Shown piece by piece: positions 9,493 to 21,086 of a stretch of DNA of 64,000 nucleotides. The stretch is from contig JBEPYO010000001.1 of NCBI GenBank assembly GCA_041641295.1, positions 512,001-576,000 on the forward strand, in the 5' to 3' direction. The DNA is from Nitrososphaerota archaeon (GTDB lineage: Archaea; Thermoproteota; Nitrososphaeria_A; Caldarchaeales; Calditenuaceae). The notes below the pieces were generated by a model. The model was not told the origin of the DNA, ran no database searches, and saw only the letters and a program-made list of their open reading frames with translations. Position 1 is the first letter of the stretch. The number at the start of each line of letters is the position of its first letter. The position numbers were made by a program, and so were the translations under genes.

Positions 9493-10122
9493 ATGCCGGA
9501 GCCTGTAAGGAGAATAGTGGGCAAAGCCGCACCACTCGAGATGGACGACGTCGATACTGACCAGATTATTCCAGCCCAATTCCTCAAAGTCCTCTCGAGG
9601 AAGGGCCTCGGCAAATATCTCTTCTACAGATGGAGGTTCGATGAGGATGGAAAGCCTAAGGAGGGGTTCGTCCTAGACCGGAAAGAGTTTCGGGACGCGG
9701 TTATCCTCGTCGCGGGGCGGAACTTCGGCATAGGCTCTTCGAGGGAGAATGCTGTTTGGGCCTTGATGGACTTCGGTATAAGATGTGTGATAGCCTCATC
9801 CTTCGGCGACATCTTCTACGGCAACTCCGTGAAGAACGGTCTCCTCTGCATTAGGCTGGATGAAGAGACCGTCAAGAGGCTAAGGAGCGAGGCGGCTAAA
9901 GGCGGCCTCACTCTAGATATTGACGTCGAGGCGGAGACGATTAAGCTGCCAAGCGGAGAGACCATCAACTTCAAGCTTGAGCCGAATGTGAAGAGGAGGC
10001 TGCTGGAGGGTCTGGACGAGATAGAGGCCACCTTGAGGGAGTATGGCGATAAGATCCGGGCATACGAGGCCAAGATGGCGCGGTTTAAGATGCCGAGGCA
10101 GACCACAGTACCACTCGAGTAG
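9493..10122 (+). CDS. leuD: 3-isopropylmalate dehydratase small subunit
   Basis: DVDTDQIIPAQFL, NFGIGSSRENA, SFGDIFYGN. Alternative start GTG at 9481. Confidence 0.95.
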   Translation: MPEPVRRIVGKAAPLEMDDVDTDQIIPAQFLKVLSRKGLGKYLFYRWRFDEDGKPKEGFVLDRKEFRDAVILVAGRNFGIGSSRENAVWALMDFGIRCVIASSFGDIFYGNSVKNGLLCIRLDEETVKRLRSEAAKGGLTLDIDVEAETIKLPSGETINFKLEPNVKRRLLEGLDEIEATLREYGDKIRAYEAKMARFKMPRQTTVPLE

Positions 10123-10126
10123 GGTT

Positions 10127-11260
10127 TTACATCCTTATTATCTGCCTAACAGCCACACCCTCTGCCAGCAGGTCAAGCCCCTCATTCAGCTCGTCGAGCG
10201 TTAGATACCCTGTCACAACCTCATCCAGCCTTATCACACCTTTTGCAAAGAGGCTGACCAGTATTGGGATGTCGCGGCGCGGGACGATGGAGCCCATGTA
10301 TGAGCCTATTATTCGCCTCTCCTCGCCCATTATCAGCCAGCTAGGCAGTTCCACCTTGTCCTCTGGCGATGTGACTCCGAGGATCACGGTTGTCCCACCT
10401 TTCCGCGTCGCTAGAAAGGCCTGAGCCATTACCCGGGTGTTTCCAGTGGCCTCGAAGCAGTATTCTGCTCCACGCCCCCCAGTCAACCTTCTAACCTCAG
10501 CCACAGGGTCCTGTCTCGAGGCGTTAACAATGTCTGTGGCTCCCAGTCGTGAGGCCTTCTCCAACTTCTCCGGAAAAATGTCCACCGCGATTATCTGCAT
10601 GGCTCCCACAATACTTAGGGCTTGTATAATGTTGAGACCCAGTCCCCCGCATCCGAAGACTGCGACACTTGAGCCCGGCTTGACCTGCGCCGCATTTATG
10701 ACAGCTCCGAAGGCAGTGGGTATCGCGCAGCCGAAGAGTGCTAGCCTCTCGGGAGGGAGTTCCGGGGGTACAGGAATCGCCGACGAGGATGGGACTACAA
10801 TGTATTCGGAGAAGGCTGAGACACCCAAGTGGTGGTGGACCTCTCTCCCATCTAGTCTGAACCTAGTCCCGCCTGTAACTAGTACACCCTCGTTATTGGC
10901 AGCCCTGCCCGCGTCGCAGAGCGTGGGCCTCCCCGAGAGACAGTAGACGCACTCGCCACAGCTCTGGGCGAATGAGAGGACAACCCTCTCACCCTTCCTA
11001 GACGGCGAGACGTTCTCACCCACATCCACTACCCTCCCCGCACATTCATGCCCAAGCACAATCGGCATGGGCGGCCTCCTCACACCCTCAATGACGGCCA
11101 AGTCAGAGTGGCAGAGCCCAGCAGCCTCTACCTTCACCAGAACCTCATTCTTTAACGGCCCTATCAGCTCCAGCTCCTTAACCGATACAGGCTTTGATGA
11201 TTGATATGGTCTGGGGAGTCCCTGCCTCTCAACTACGGCTGCTCTTGTTTTTAGGGTCAA
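10127..11260 (-). CDS. Zinc-dependent alcohol dehydrogenase (MDR, class III-like)
   Basis: CHSD, GHE, structural Zn site CGECVYC...C, and nucleotide-binding GCGGLG. Confidence 0.92.
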   Translation of the reverse strand: MTLKTRAAVVERQGLPRPYQSSKPVSVKELELIGPLKNEVLVKVEAAGLCHSDLAVIEGVRRPPMPIVLGHECAGRVVDVGENVSPSRKGERVVLSFAQSCGECVYCLSGRPTLCDAGRAANNEGVLVTGGTRFRLDGREVHHHLGVSAFSEYIVVPSSSAIPVPPELPPERLALFGCAIPTAFGAVINAAQVKPGSSVAVFGCGGLGLNIIQALSIVGAMQIIAVDIFPEKLEKASRLGATDIVNASRQDPVAEVRRLTGGRGAEYCFEATGNTRVMAQAFLATRKGGTTVILGVTSPEDKVELPSWLIMGEERRIIGSYMGSIVPRRDIPILVSLFAKGVIRLDEVVTGYLTLDELNEGLDLLAEGVAVRQIIRM

Positions 11261-11295
11261 ATCGAGTTAATCCAAACGTAGGGGGAAATAAGGGT

Positions 11296-11820
11296 TTAAG
11301 GCTCGGAGAGCTTCTCTAAAAGCTCAAGCAGCTGCTGCCCCTGCGGGCTCAAGACGTATAGTTTCTCGCCACCCTCACCGGGCTGCTCATGGATTAGACC
11401 ATAGCTCTTCAACAGCTCAACATTCCTGTCAATAGTCTTCCAGTCTATGCCGAGGGCCTTTGAGAGCTGGTACCTGTTCATCGGCACCTCGAGGCTCTTC
11501 AACATCTTAACACGCGTATTAGCACCCCTCATCTTCACCATAAGCCTGAAGACAGAGTAGTCGAACATGCTCCTAGACCACATGTGTCTCACAAGCCCCT
11601 TGTATGCGAGTGTAGCAGCAACACCTAGCCAAGAAGCCACGGATACCCAAGTAGTAACAGTCTCAGCGCTGAAGGCTAAACCCTCAGCCTGAGCCTCAGC
11701 CCTAAGGGAGGGAGCCGCGGCTGGAGCGACAGGGGCCGTGAAAGTTAGGTAGAGCCAGAAGACTGTAGAAGATGCCGCAATAATTAGAAGGATGATGAGT
11801 AGGAAGGTTGAGGGGCGCAA
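11296..11820 (-). CDS. Membrane-anchored winged-helix (ArsR-like) transcription regulator
   Basis: Two hydrophobic segments, then RGANTRVKMLKSLEVPMNRYQLSKALGIDWKTIDRNVELLKSYGLI...KLYVLS. Start uncertain (TTG 11820; the ORF extends to 11883). Confidence 0.75.
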   Translation of the reverse strand: MRPSTFLLIILLIIAASSTVFWLYLTFTAPVAPAAAPSLRAEAQAEGLAFSAETVTTWVSVASWLGVAATLAYKGLVRHMWSRSMFDYSVFRLMVKMRGANTRVKMLKSLEVPMNRYQLSKALGIDWKTIDRNVELLKSYGLIHEQPGEGGEKLYVLSPQGQQLLELLEKLSEP

Positions 11821-11856
11821 ACTCAGCCCTACTTTTCGCGAGACATATTTTAATCT

Positions 11857-13098
11857 TTGACAGAGCCTTCCAGAGACTCCCAAGATATAAAAACTGGGTG
11901 TTTCACTTCTGGTGCAGATTTGAGTATATCGCCCATCTCGGCTATGAGGCTTTGGAATCTGATGTTTTATTTCGCCATGGGTATTGCAGCACCCTATTTC
12001 CCCGTCGTTTTAGAGGAGAGCGGCTTAACGCCTAGTCAGATAGGGCTTGCCTTCACGATAAGTAATATCTCTTCAGGTTTCTCTTCATACTATATCGGGA
12101 GACTCTCAGACCGGGTCGGCAGGCTCAAGATACTACTATCATCAACCATTCTCACAGCCATCTCATATCTGCTACTCGCTGTGAAACTCAACCCTTACCT
12201 CACCGTGCTCTTATTCGCTCTCCTCATGGTGGGGCTGGGCTCGGCCAACACAGTAGTTACGGCCTACTCGATAGACTCGTTGGAGCGCGCGGGAATCTCG
12301 CGGGGAAGCGGGTTCGGGTCTATAAGGATTGGCGGGAGCATCGGCTGGATACCCGGCACTTTCCTCGGCGGAGCCTTGGTCAGCCTATTCGGTTTGAGGA
12401 GCATATTCCTATTGGCTCCACTCGTCATCGGCCTCTCGGTCCTAACCTTTTACAGGCTGGGAGAAGACAGAGTGTCTAAGAAACGGGATAGTGAGGATGT
12501 GAGCCCGCTTAGCCTCCTCAGGGGGGCACCAGGCGTGCTGCTTTTGACGATGACACTCGCTTTCGTGGCCAACTCATCCATAATGAGCTTCCTCTCACTT
12601 CACATGATCAATACACTGGGGGCCTCGCCACTGGAGGTCTCTACGGCCTTCGCCTTGATGGGGCTGACAGAGATACCTGCCATGGTGTATCTCGGAAAGC
12701 TATCCGACAGAGTTGGTAGAAGACCCGTGCTCCTACTCTGCCTATCGGCATTCCCCCTGAGGCTTGCTATCTCAGGACTATCACCCGATAGATACGTGGT
12801 CATACTTGCACAGTCTCTCAACAGTTTCACCTTCGGCGGCCTCTACGTCGTCTCCATAGCCTACGCCTCCGAACTCGTCCCAGAGCGTATGCGCGGCGCG
12901 TATATGGGGCTGTATGGAGCCACCTTCAGCGCGGGCGGCGTGATCGGGGGCTATCTCTGGGGGAGCATAGCTGAGGCAACATCTTACGCCTCTATGTTCC
13001 AATACTCAGCCCTCTTCTCGCTTATACCTGTAGCCCTGACAGGGATAGCTCTTAGGAAGCAGCGGCGCGAGGTCTACTCTGCTCCCGTAGCACCATGA
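11857..13098 (+). CDS. MFS transporter
   Basis: GRLSDRVGR in both halves, 12 TM helices. True start is probably 11920 or 11944. Confidence 0.88.
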   Translation: MTEPSRDSQDIKTGCFTSGADLSISPISAMRLWNLMFYFAMGIAAPYFPVVLEESGLTPSQIGLAFTISNISSGFSSYYIGRLSDRVGRLKILLSSTILTAISYLLLAVKLNPYLTVLLFALLMVGLGSANTVVTAYSIDSLERAGISRGSGFGSIRIGGSIGWIPGTFLGGALVSLFGLRSIFLLAPLVIGLSVLTFYRLGEDRVSKKRDSEDVSPLSLLRGAPGVLLLTMTLAFVANSSIMSFLSLHMINTLGASPLEVSTAFALMGLTEIPAMVYLGKLSDRVGRRPVLLLCLSAFPLRLAISGLSPDRYVVILAQSLNSFTFGGLYVVSIAYASELVPERMRGAYMGLYGATFSAGGVIGGYLWGSIAEATSYASMFQYSALFSLIPVALTGIALRKQRREVYSAPVAP

Positions 13099-13486
13099 TG
13101 AGGAGGGCTACGCCGGCGATCAGGAGCACTAGCCCCACGATCGGTGTGAAGAATCCCAGCATCGCCATGATTTTCTGAACCTCAGCAAGGCTCGATACAA
13201 AGCTCAGACCGATGAAGACCATTATAGTAGCCGCCACCGCCAGCACAGCCTTCTCTATAGGCATCCTTGCAGCACCCTTCTCGCTCTCCGAGGGCAGTAG
13301 AATGGCCGCAGCTACATAGAGCGCCAATGCTGCATAGAAGTTCAAGAAGAGGACGACCACGAAGATTAGCCTCAATATGTTTGGGTCGACGCCGAGATAC
13401 TCCGCTATTCCTCCGAGAACGCCCGCCACTATCCTGTGCCGAGACGATTTACAGAGCCTCTTCTGCCCAGCTCCCTCGCCTTCCAA
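13052..13486 (-). CDS. PspC-domain membrane protein
   Basis: KRLCKSSRHRIVAGVLGGIAEYLGVDPNILRL is the PspC signature; two further TM helices follow. Confidence 0.88.
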   Translation of the reverse strand: MEGEGAGQKRLCKSSRHRIVAGVLGGIAEYLGVDPNILRLIFVVVLFLNFYAALALYVAAAILLPSESEKGAARMPIEKAVLAVAATIMVFIGLSFVSSLAEVQKIMAMLGFFTPIVGLVLLIAGVALLIMVLREQSRPRAAAS

Positions 13487-13615
13487 GCCCTCAGTAAATG
13501 CAGGGGGGCCTGCCAGATATTAACCGTGTCTGCACGCACGTTTTAAAGAAAACCCCCAGATTTTTGCGAAGTGATTTATGGGTATCCGGCGTCTGGGTAA
13601 AAAGAGTATGATTTA

Positions 13616-15043
13616 ATGGTGGCGGAGAGGATAGTGGCTTGGCGAAAGGGTGTGTATACTGACGAGATAGTCTTCGCCCTGTTCTCCATCGGCCCTGTCT
13701 ACAGGGAGGGTGAGCTGGAGTTGGGGCCCGACGCCGTCATAGCGCTCGAGGGACTCGGAACGTTTCAGGGCGTTAGTATCCGAGACAGGGTCTCGGACGC
13801 CCTCTCGAAGGGAAAGGACCTCTCAAAGGTGGCCGCTAAAGTCCACAAAGAATCGACGAGGAGGGGACATGCTTCTCTGACGACTTCGGCTGTCATGTTC
13901 TGGGAGGTCTCTAACTGCAGCCGTCTATTGTCAATGCTGCTTGTGGCTCCTGTTTTCGGAAGCTATCTGCAGGAGAGCCAGAGAAGGGCCCCCTTGACTA
14001 GGGAGAGACTTCTAACACCGGTAGAGCTGAAGGGTGGGAAGCTCGAGGCAAGATATTCAGAGGGCATGAATAGGGTTTTCGAGGCCTATAAAACACTGTG
14101 CGAGGAGGGCGTCCCACTCGAGGATGCACGGTATCTGGCCCCCCTAGCCGCAGCAACCTCCCTTTATGCATCCCTCTCACTAGAGTCGCACATCTACTTT
14201 ATCCGGAAGGTCGAGGAGGGGATTGGGATAGTCCCCGGCGAGCTGAAGGCCTTCGTCGACAGGTTCCTCGAAGTAGCTAGAAGCAAATCACCACTGCTTC
14301 TAGACTCTAGGCTTAGTTTTAGGGCTCGATGGGGATACTACTCTGTTGCAGACCCCCTTAGAGGGCCTGACGGTCTGATTCAGGGTCTTTGCGGGGACAG
14401 GCCGTTGGAGGAGGCCGAGCTCCTGTCCTTCGATTATCCTAGAGGGATTGAGAGAATGGGCCTTGATGGTCTTGCTGCTGAGCAGGCCTCCCCTCTTGTT
14501 AGGGCGGTGACCGTTGAATCGCTCTCACTAGCCGCCTATCACCAGGCGATAAGGCATAGGACTGTGCCAACCGTTGTTGAGTCGCTGGTTGAGGCGGCTG
14601 AGAGGTGGTCTAGGAGTCCAGAGGCGGGTCTCGTCGTCCCTCCATCCATCAAGTCCAGCCCGAGGCTCCTGCGGGTGTTCACAGATGCTTGTGAAGAACT
14701 ACACTCCCTATACTCCACGCTTATGCAGGAGAATGAGGTTTCGGCGGCACTCTACACGCTCCCTAACGCGATGAGGATTAGGGTCGTCAGGAGCTATAAC
14801 CTCTACAATCTCCTCAGCCCCATGGGATTCCTAGCAACTAGGACCTGCAGCGCGGCCCAGTGGGAGGAGAGGGCGATAGCGTATAGGCTGTGGAGGGAGG
14901 TGGAGAAAACTGCTCCATGGTTAAAGGGTGCGATGGGCGAGAAGTGTAAGCACCTTGGGTATTGCCCCGAGAGGGAGTGGTGTCCAATCATTCTCAAGTA
15001 CTGGGAATACTCCGACGAGCTTCACAAGAAATATAACCAGTGA
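13616..15043 (+). CDS. thyX: Flavin-dependent thymidylate synthase, tandem two-domain form
   Basis: RRGHASL, QESQR, EDARYL in the N half; HQAIRHRT and RTCSAAQWEER in the C half. Confidence 0.85.
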   Translation: MVAERIVAWRKGVYTDEIVFALFSIGPVYREGELELGPDAVIALEGLGTFQGVSIRDRVSDALSKGKDLSKVAAKVHKESTRRGHASLTTSAVMFWEVSNCSRLLSMLLVAPVFGSYLQESQRRAPLTRERLLTPVELKGGKLEARYSEGMNRVFEAYKTLCEEGVPLEDARYLAPLAAATSLYASLSLESHIYFIRKVEEGIGIVPGELKAFVDRFLEVARSKSPLLLDSRLSFRARWGYYSVADPLRGPDGLIQGLCGDRPLEEAELLSFDYPRGIERMGLDGLAAEQASPLVRAVTVESLSLAAYHQAIRHRTVPTVVESLVEAAERWSRSPEAGLVVPPSIKSSPRLLRVFTDACEELHSLYSTLMQENEVSAALYTLPNAMRIRVVRSYNLYNLLSPMGFLATRTCSAAQWEERAIAYRLWREVEKTAPWLKGAMGEKCKHLGYCPEREWCPIILKYWEYSDELHKKYNQ

Positions 15044-15052
15044 GCAGAATGG

Positions 15053-15910
15053 CTATCTACGCAGGAAAGCTATCGATGCATAACCCACAACCGAGGACTT
15101 GTCGCCGCTCGTGTCTCCGCTTGTGGCATATTTGAGCAGTAGCGGGTTGGTGTATCCTTTCAGCTTTGCATAGCATATTAGAGCTCCTATTGCGCCGTAC
15201 CCGCAGAGAGTGGCCCTCTTATCCCTCATCTCTGTGTAGAACCCCTCTATGTCGAGCTTCAATATCTTATCAATGACTGCTCGGTCTCTTCTGACAGCCT
15301 CCTCATGTGGCTCATAGTGCGTAAAGTCGGAGCTCGCTATGACAAGATAGTCCTCGGCCCTATCTATGACCTTTGCGAGAACCTCTCCTACATGTTGAGC
15401 AGCCTCAATAGACTGGTTGAGCATACAGATGGGAACAAACTTCACGCGTCCGAAGGTGTATTGGATGAAGGGCAGCTGAACCTCTATGGAGTGCTCGTAT
15501 ACATGGCTGTACTCGTCCATCGAGATCAAGTCGCTAGACTCGACAATGCGGTTCACAATCTCCGAGTCAATCTCCACTTCTCCGAGCGGAGTCACCCACT
15601 GCCCGGGCGGATAGACGGATACCTCTGTACCCTCTCCATGATGGTTCGGCCCAATCACTACCACCGTCTTTGGCTGGGGGGCCTTCGAGGCTTGGGAGAA
15701 TCCGTGTGCCGCGACTGGCCCCGAGTACATGTAGCCTGCGTGAGGAGAGATGAGGAGTGTCTGAGGACCAGCGCCCCCCTTAGAAGGCATAGAACCCGGC
15801 CCATGCTCAGAAGTGAAGCACTGCTCGATCTGCTTCCTCAGACGCGCCGGATCTGACTCGTAGAAGTACCCAGCCACGGCGGGATACCTTTTAGGCACGT
15901 CCAGACCCAC
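15053..15910 (-). CDS. MEMO1 family protein (AmmeMemoRadiSam protein B)
   Basis: PAVAGYFY, PHAGYMYSG, GPNHH, EHSIEVQLPF, SSDFTHY, CGYG, VVGYAS. Confidence 0.95.
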   Translation of the reverse strand: MGLDVPKRYPAVAGYFYESDPARLRKQIEQCFTSEHGPGSMPSKGGAGPQTLLISPHAGYMYSGPVAAHGFSQASKAPQPKTVVVIGPNHHGEGTEVSVYPPGQWVTPLGEVEIDSEIVNRIVESSDLISMDEYSHVYEHSIEVQLPFIQYTFGRVKFVPICMLNQSIEAAQHVGEVLAKVIDRAEDYLVIASSDFTHYEPHEEAVRRDRAVIDKILKLDIEGFYTEMRDKRATLCGYGAIGALICYAKLKGYTNPLLLKYATSGDTSGDKSSVVGYASIAFLRR

Positions 15911-16136
15911 CTCCCCTACTGTTTGTGGAGAGCCTAGGGCGGGGGGCGGTCACGACAAGGTATCCCAAGACCCCCACCACGAAGAAGAAGGATACGGCCA
16001 AGAGGTAGACGGTTGCCCTAAGCACTAAGTCAGGGTCTAGCCCCCTCAGCAGCCCAAAAAACCACAGTGTATAAAACGTGAAGCCTATCGGCGAGAGAAT
16101 AACCATGAAATACCCTACTAGTTTAGAAGGGGACAT
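15891..16136 (-). CDS. Small 2-TM protein resembling DPM2/PIG-P
   Basis: VGYFMVILSPIGFTFYTLW and GVLGYLVVTAPRP. Overlaps the MEMO1 start, so probably co-transcribed. Family assignment is by recalled similarity. Confidence 0.6.
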   Translation of the reverse strand: MSPSKLVGYFMVILSPIGFTFYTLWFFGLLRGLDPDLVLRATVYLLAVSFFFVVGVLGYLVVTAPRPRLSTNSRGGGSGRA

Positions 16137-16318
16137 TATTGCCCACAAAAGGAGAGTCTGTACCCAGTAGATATAGCTTTATGGTGGCCTCTGAGCTGTT
16201 TCTATATATTGTCATCTGGACGGGGGTTTCTCCCGTTTTTAAGGCTTTGAGACGTAAATTGCCAGTATGCAATTGTCGAATAAGTTTTAAATTCTAGCCT
16301 AACTAGTAAAACACAACC

Positions 16319-17725
16319 TTGCCAACCGTCCTCCTCGACTCCACACTGAGGGAAGGCGAGCTCTACAAGGTGTTACCCATCCAGAAGAAGCTCAGGGTCG
16401 CCAGCCTACTGGTGGAGGCGGGCCTGAAGCGGGTTGAAGTGACTGTCGACTATCCTCCAAGGACGTCTTACGAGGACGGTGCAAAATTGGTCAACTTCTT
16501 GGGTGATAACGGCGTCCAGGTCGTGATGCATGGGCGCGCATATAGGAACGATATCGAGGCGATGAGTAGGTATAACCTGTACGGGGTTGCCCTATACTTG
16601 GCCGTCTCCCAACTGCACCTAGACTACAAGCTAGGTGGTATGAACTATGATGATGCTAAGACTAGGATGTTGGAGGCGGTTGAGCTTGTCAAGCCTTTGG
16701 GGCTCCAGTATGTCCGAGTGACCTACGAGGATGCGTCGCGACTCTTCACCGAACGCAACTTCGACGTCCTCGACGACCTACTCAGGTTTACCGGTGAGCT
16801 GAAGTCTGCTGGCGCGACACTTCTCAGCGTGCCTGATACAGCTGGTCTCATGACGCCACGCGATGCTAGGAAGTTCATAGAGTATTGTATCGAGAGGAGC
16901 CGCCTCCCAGTCGCCGCCCACTTCCACAACGACTATGGCCTCGCATCAGCTAACACCATCGAGTCTATACTTGCGGGGGCTGCTGAGGCGCATGTTACAA
17001 TTTTAGGTATAGGTGATAGAAATGGAATAGCGGACCTCTACGAGGTTGTAGCGCCGCTACAAGATGTCTATGGCTATGACCTTGGAGTGAGGCGGGAGGA
17101 GCTGGCGCGGATTTATCGCGAGTTCTCCAGGCTTACCGGTGTGCAGATTCCTTGGCGGCACCCCCTCTCAGAGGAGGCGAGGACCATCAGGGCGGGCGTC
17201 CACCAGTCCATGGTCATCAAGAGGCCTGAAGGATACATGCCGCGAAAGAAGCTCGAATATGATGTGGATGCCGTGAAATATGCTGTGAGCCCATACATGA
17301 GCCACAAGCTGATTCTCGAGATAGCTAAGCTAAACGGCCACGACTTGAACGAGGTAGATGCCAGGAGGATTGTAGAGGAGATCGTCAAGAGGGTTGCGGC
17401 TACTGGGAGGAAGGGCTCTCCAAAAGAGCTAGCCCGATACCTTAGCGAGGCCTTAGGACGCGAGATCAGAGAAGACCTGGTGAGACGATTCTTCGGAGAG
17501 GAGCGGGCCTACATCCTCCTAAAGCTCCGCCCACAAGCAGATGCGCTACAGATTGTTCAAGAGCTCTCAACATGGGAGGAGGTAGAGTCCATCGACGAAG
17601 TATACGGGGACGTGGACATCGTTATTAAGGGACGCCTCAGGATAAACGGGGTCAACCTAGTCGACAAGCTCAGATCGAGCTTCCAAGAAGAGATAGAGGA
17701 GCTCAGAGTATTAATCACAGACTAG
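16319..17725 (+). CDS. Homocitrate synthase-like DRE-TIM metallolyase with C-terminal RAM (Lrp/AsnC ligand-binding) domain
   Basis: DSTLREGE, PDTAG, HFHNDYG, GIGDRNGIAD, AGVHQ; C-terminal AYILLK...EVYGDVDIVIK. Confidence 0.8.
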   Translation: MPTVLLDSTLREGELYKVLPIQKKLRVASLLVEAGLKRVEVTVDYPPRTSYEDGAKLVNFLGDNGVQVVMHGRAYRNDIEAMSRYNLYGVALYLAVSQLHLDYKLGGMNYDDAKTRMLEAVELVKPLGLQYVRVTYEDASRLFTERNFDVLDDLLRFTGELKSAGATLLSVPDTAGLMTPRDARKFIEYCIERSRLPVAAHFHNDYGLASANTIESILAGAAEAHVTILGIGDRNGIADLYEVVAPLQDVYGYDLGVRREELARIYREFSRLTGVQIPWRHPLSEEARTIRAGVHQSMVIKRPEGYMPRKKLEYDVDAVKYAVSPYMSHKLILEIAKLNGHDLNEVDARRIVEEIVKRVAATGRKGSPKELARYLSEALGREIREDLVRRFFGEERAYILLKLRPQADALQIVQELSTWEEVESIDEVYGDVDIVIKGRLRINGVNLVDKLRSSFQEEIEELRVLITD

Positions 17726-17742
17726 CGCTTACCCGGTATAAA

Positions 17743-17750
17743 TTTATAAG
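17743..17750 (+). promoter_or_regulatory. TATA box of the stand-alone 23S rRNA transcription unit
   Basis: TTTATAAG, about 25 nt upstream of the structured pre-rRNA leader. Confidence 0.6.
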
Positions 17751-17860
17751 TAACAGCCCATACTACTCTATTGCGCACAGCGATGTTTGCCCTTCAGCCG
17801 TGAAGTCCTGAAGGGCATGAATGCGGGAGGAGGCTTAAACTTCCCTATGACCGCGCTGCA

Positions 17861-21003
<3,143 letters not shown>

Positions 21004-21086
21004 GTCTCTATTCTCTCTATTTTGCTGCCTTTAGCTCTGGCGGGGTTAGACATGTTTATATCATCTGGATTGGTGATTCCACGTAA

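Noticed and set aside
8834-9535. 233-aa antisense ORF, and similar shadow ORFs at 10437, 15305, 48197 and 57973
   Set aside because: Each lies opposite a well-supported gene and has Ser/Pro-rich shadow composition with no motifs.
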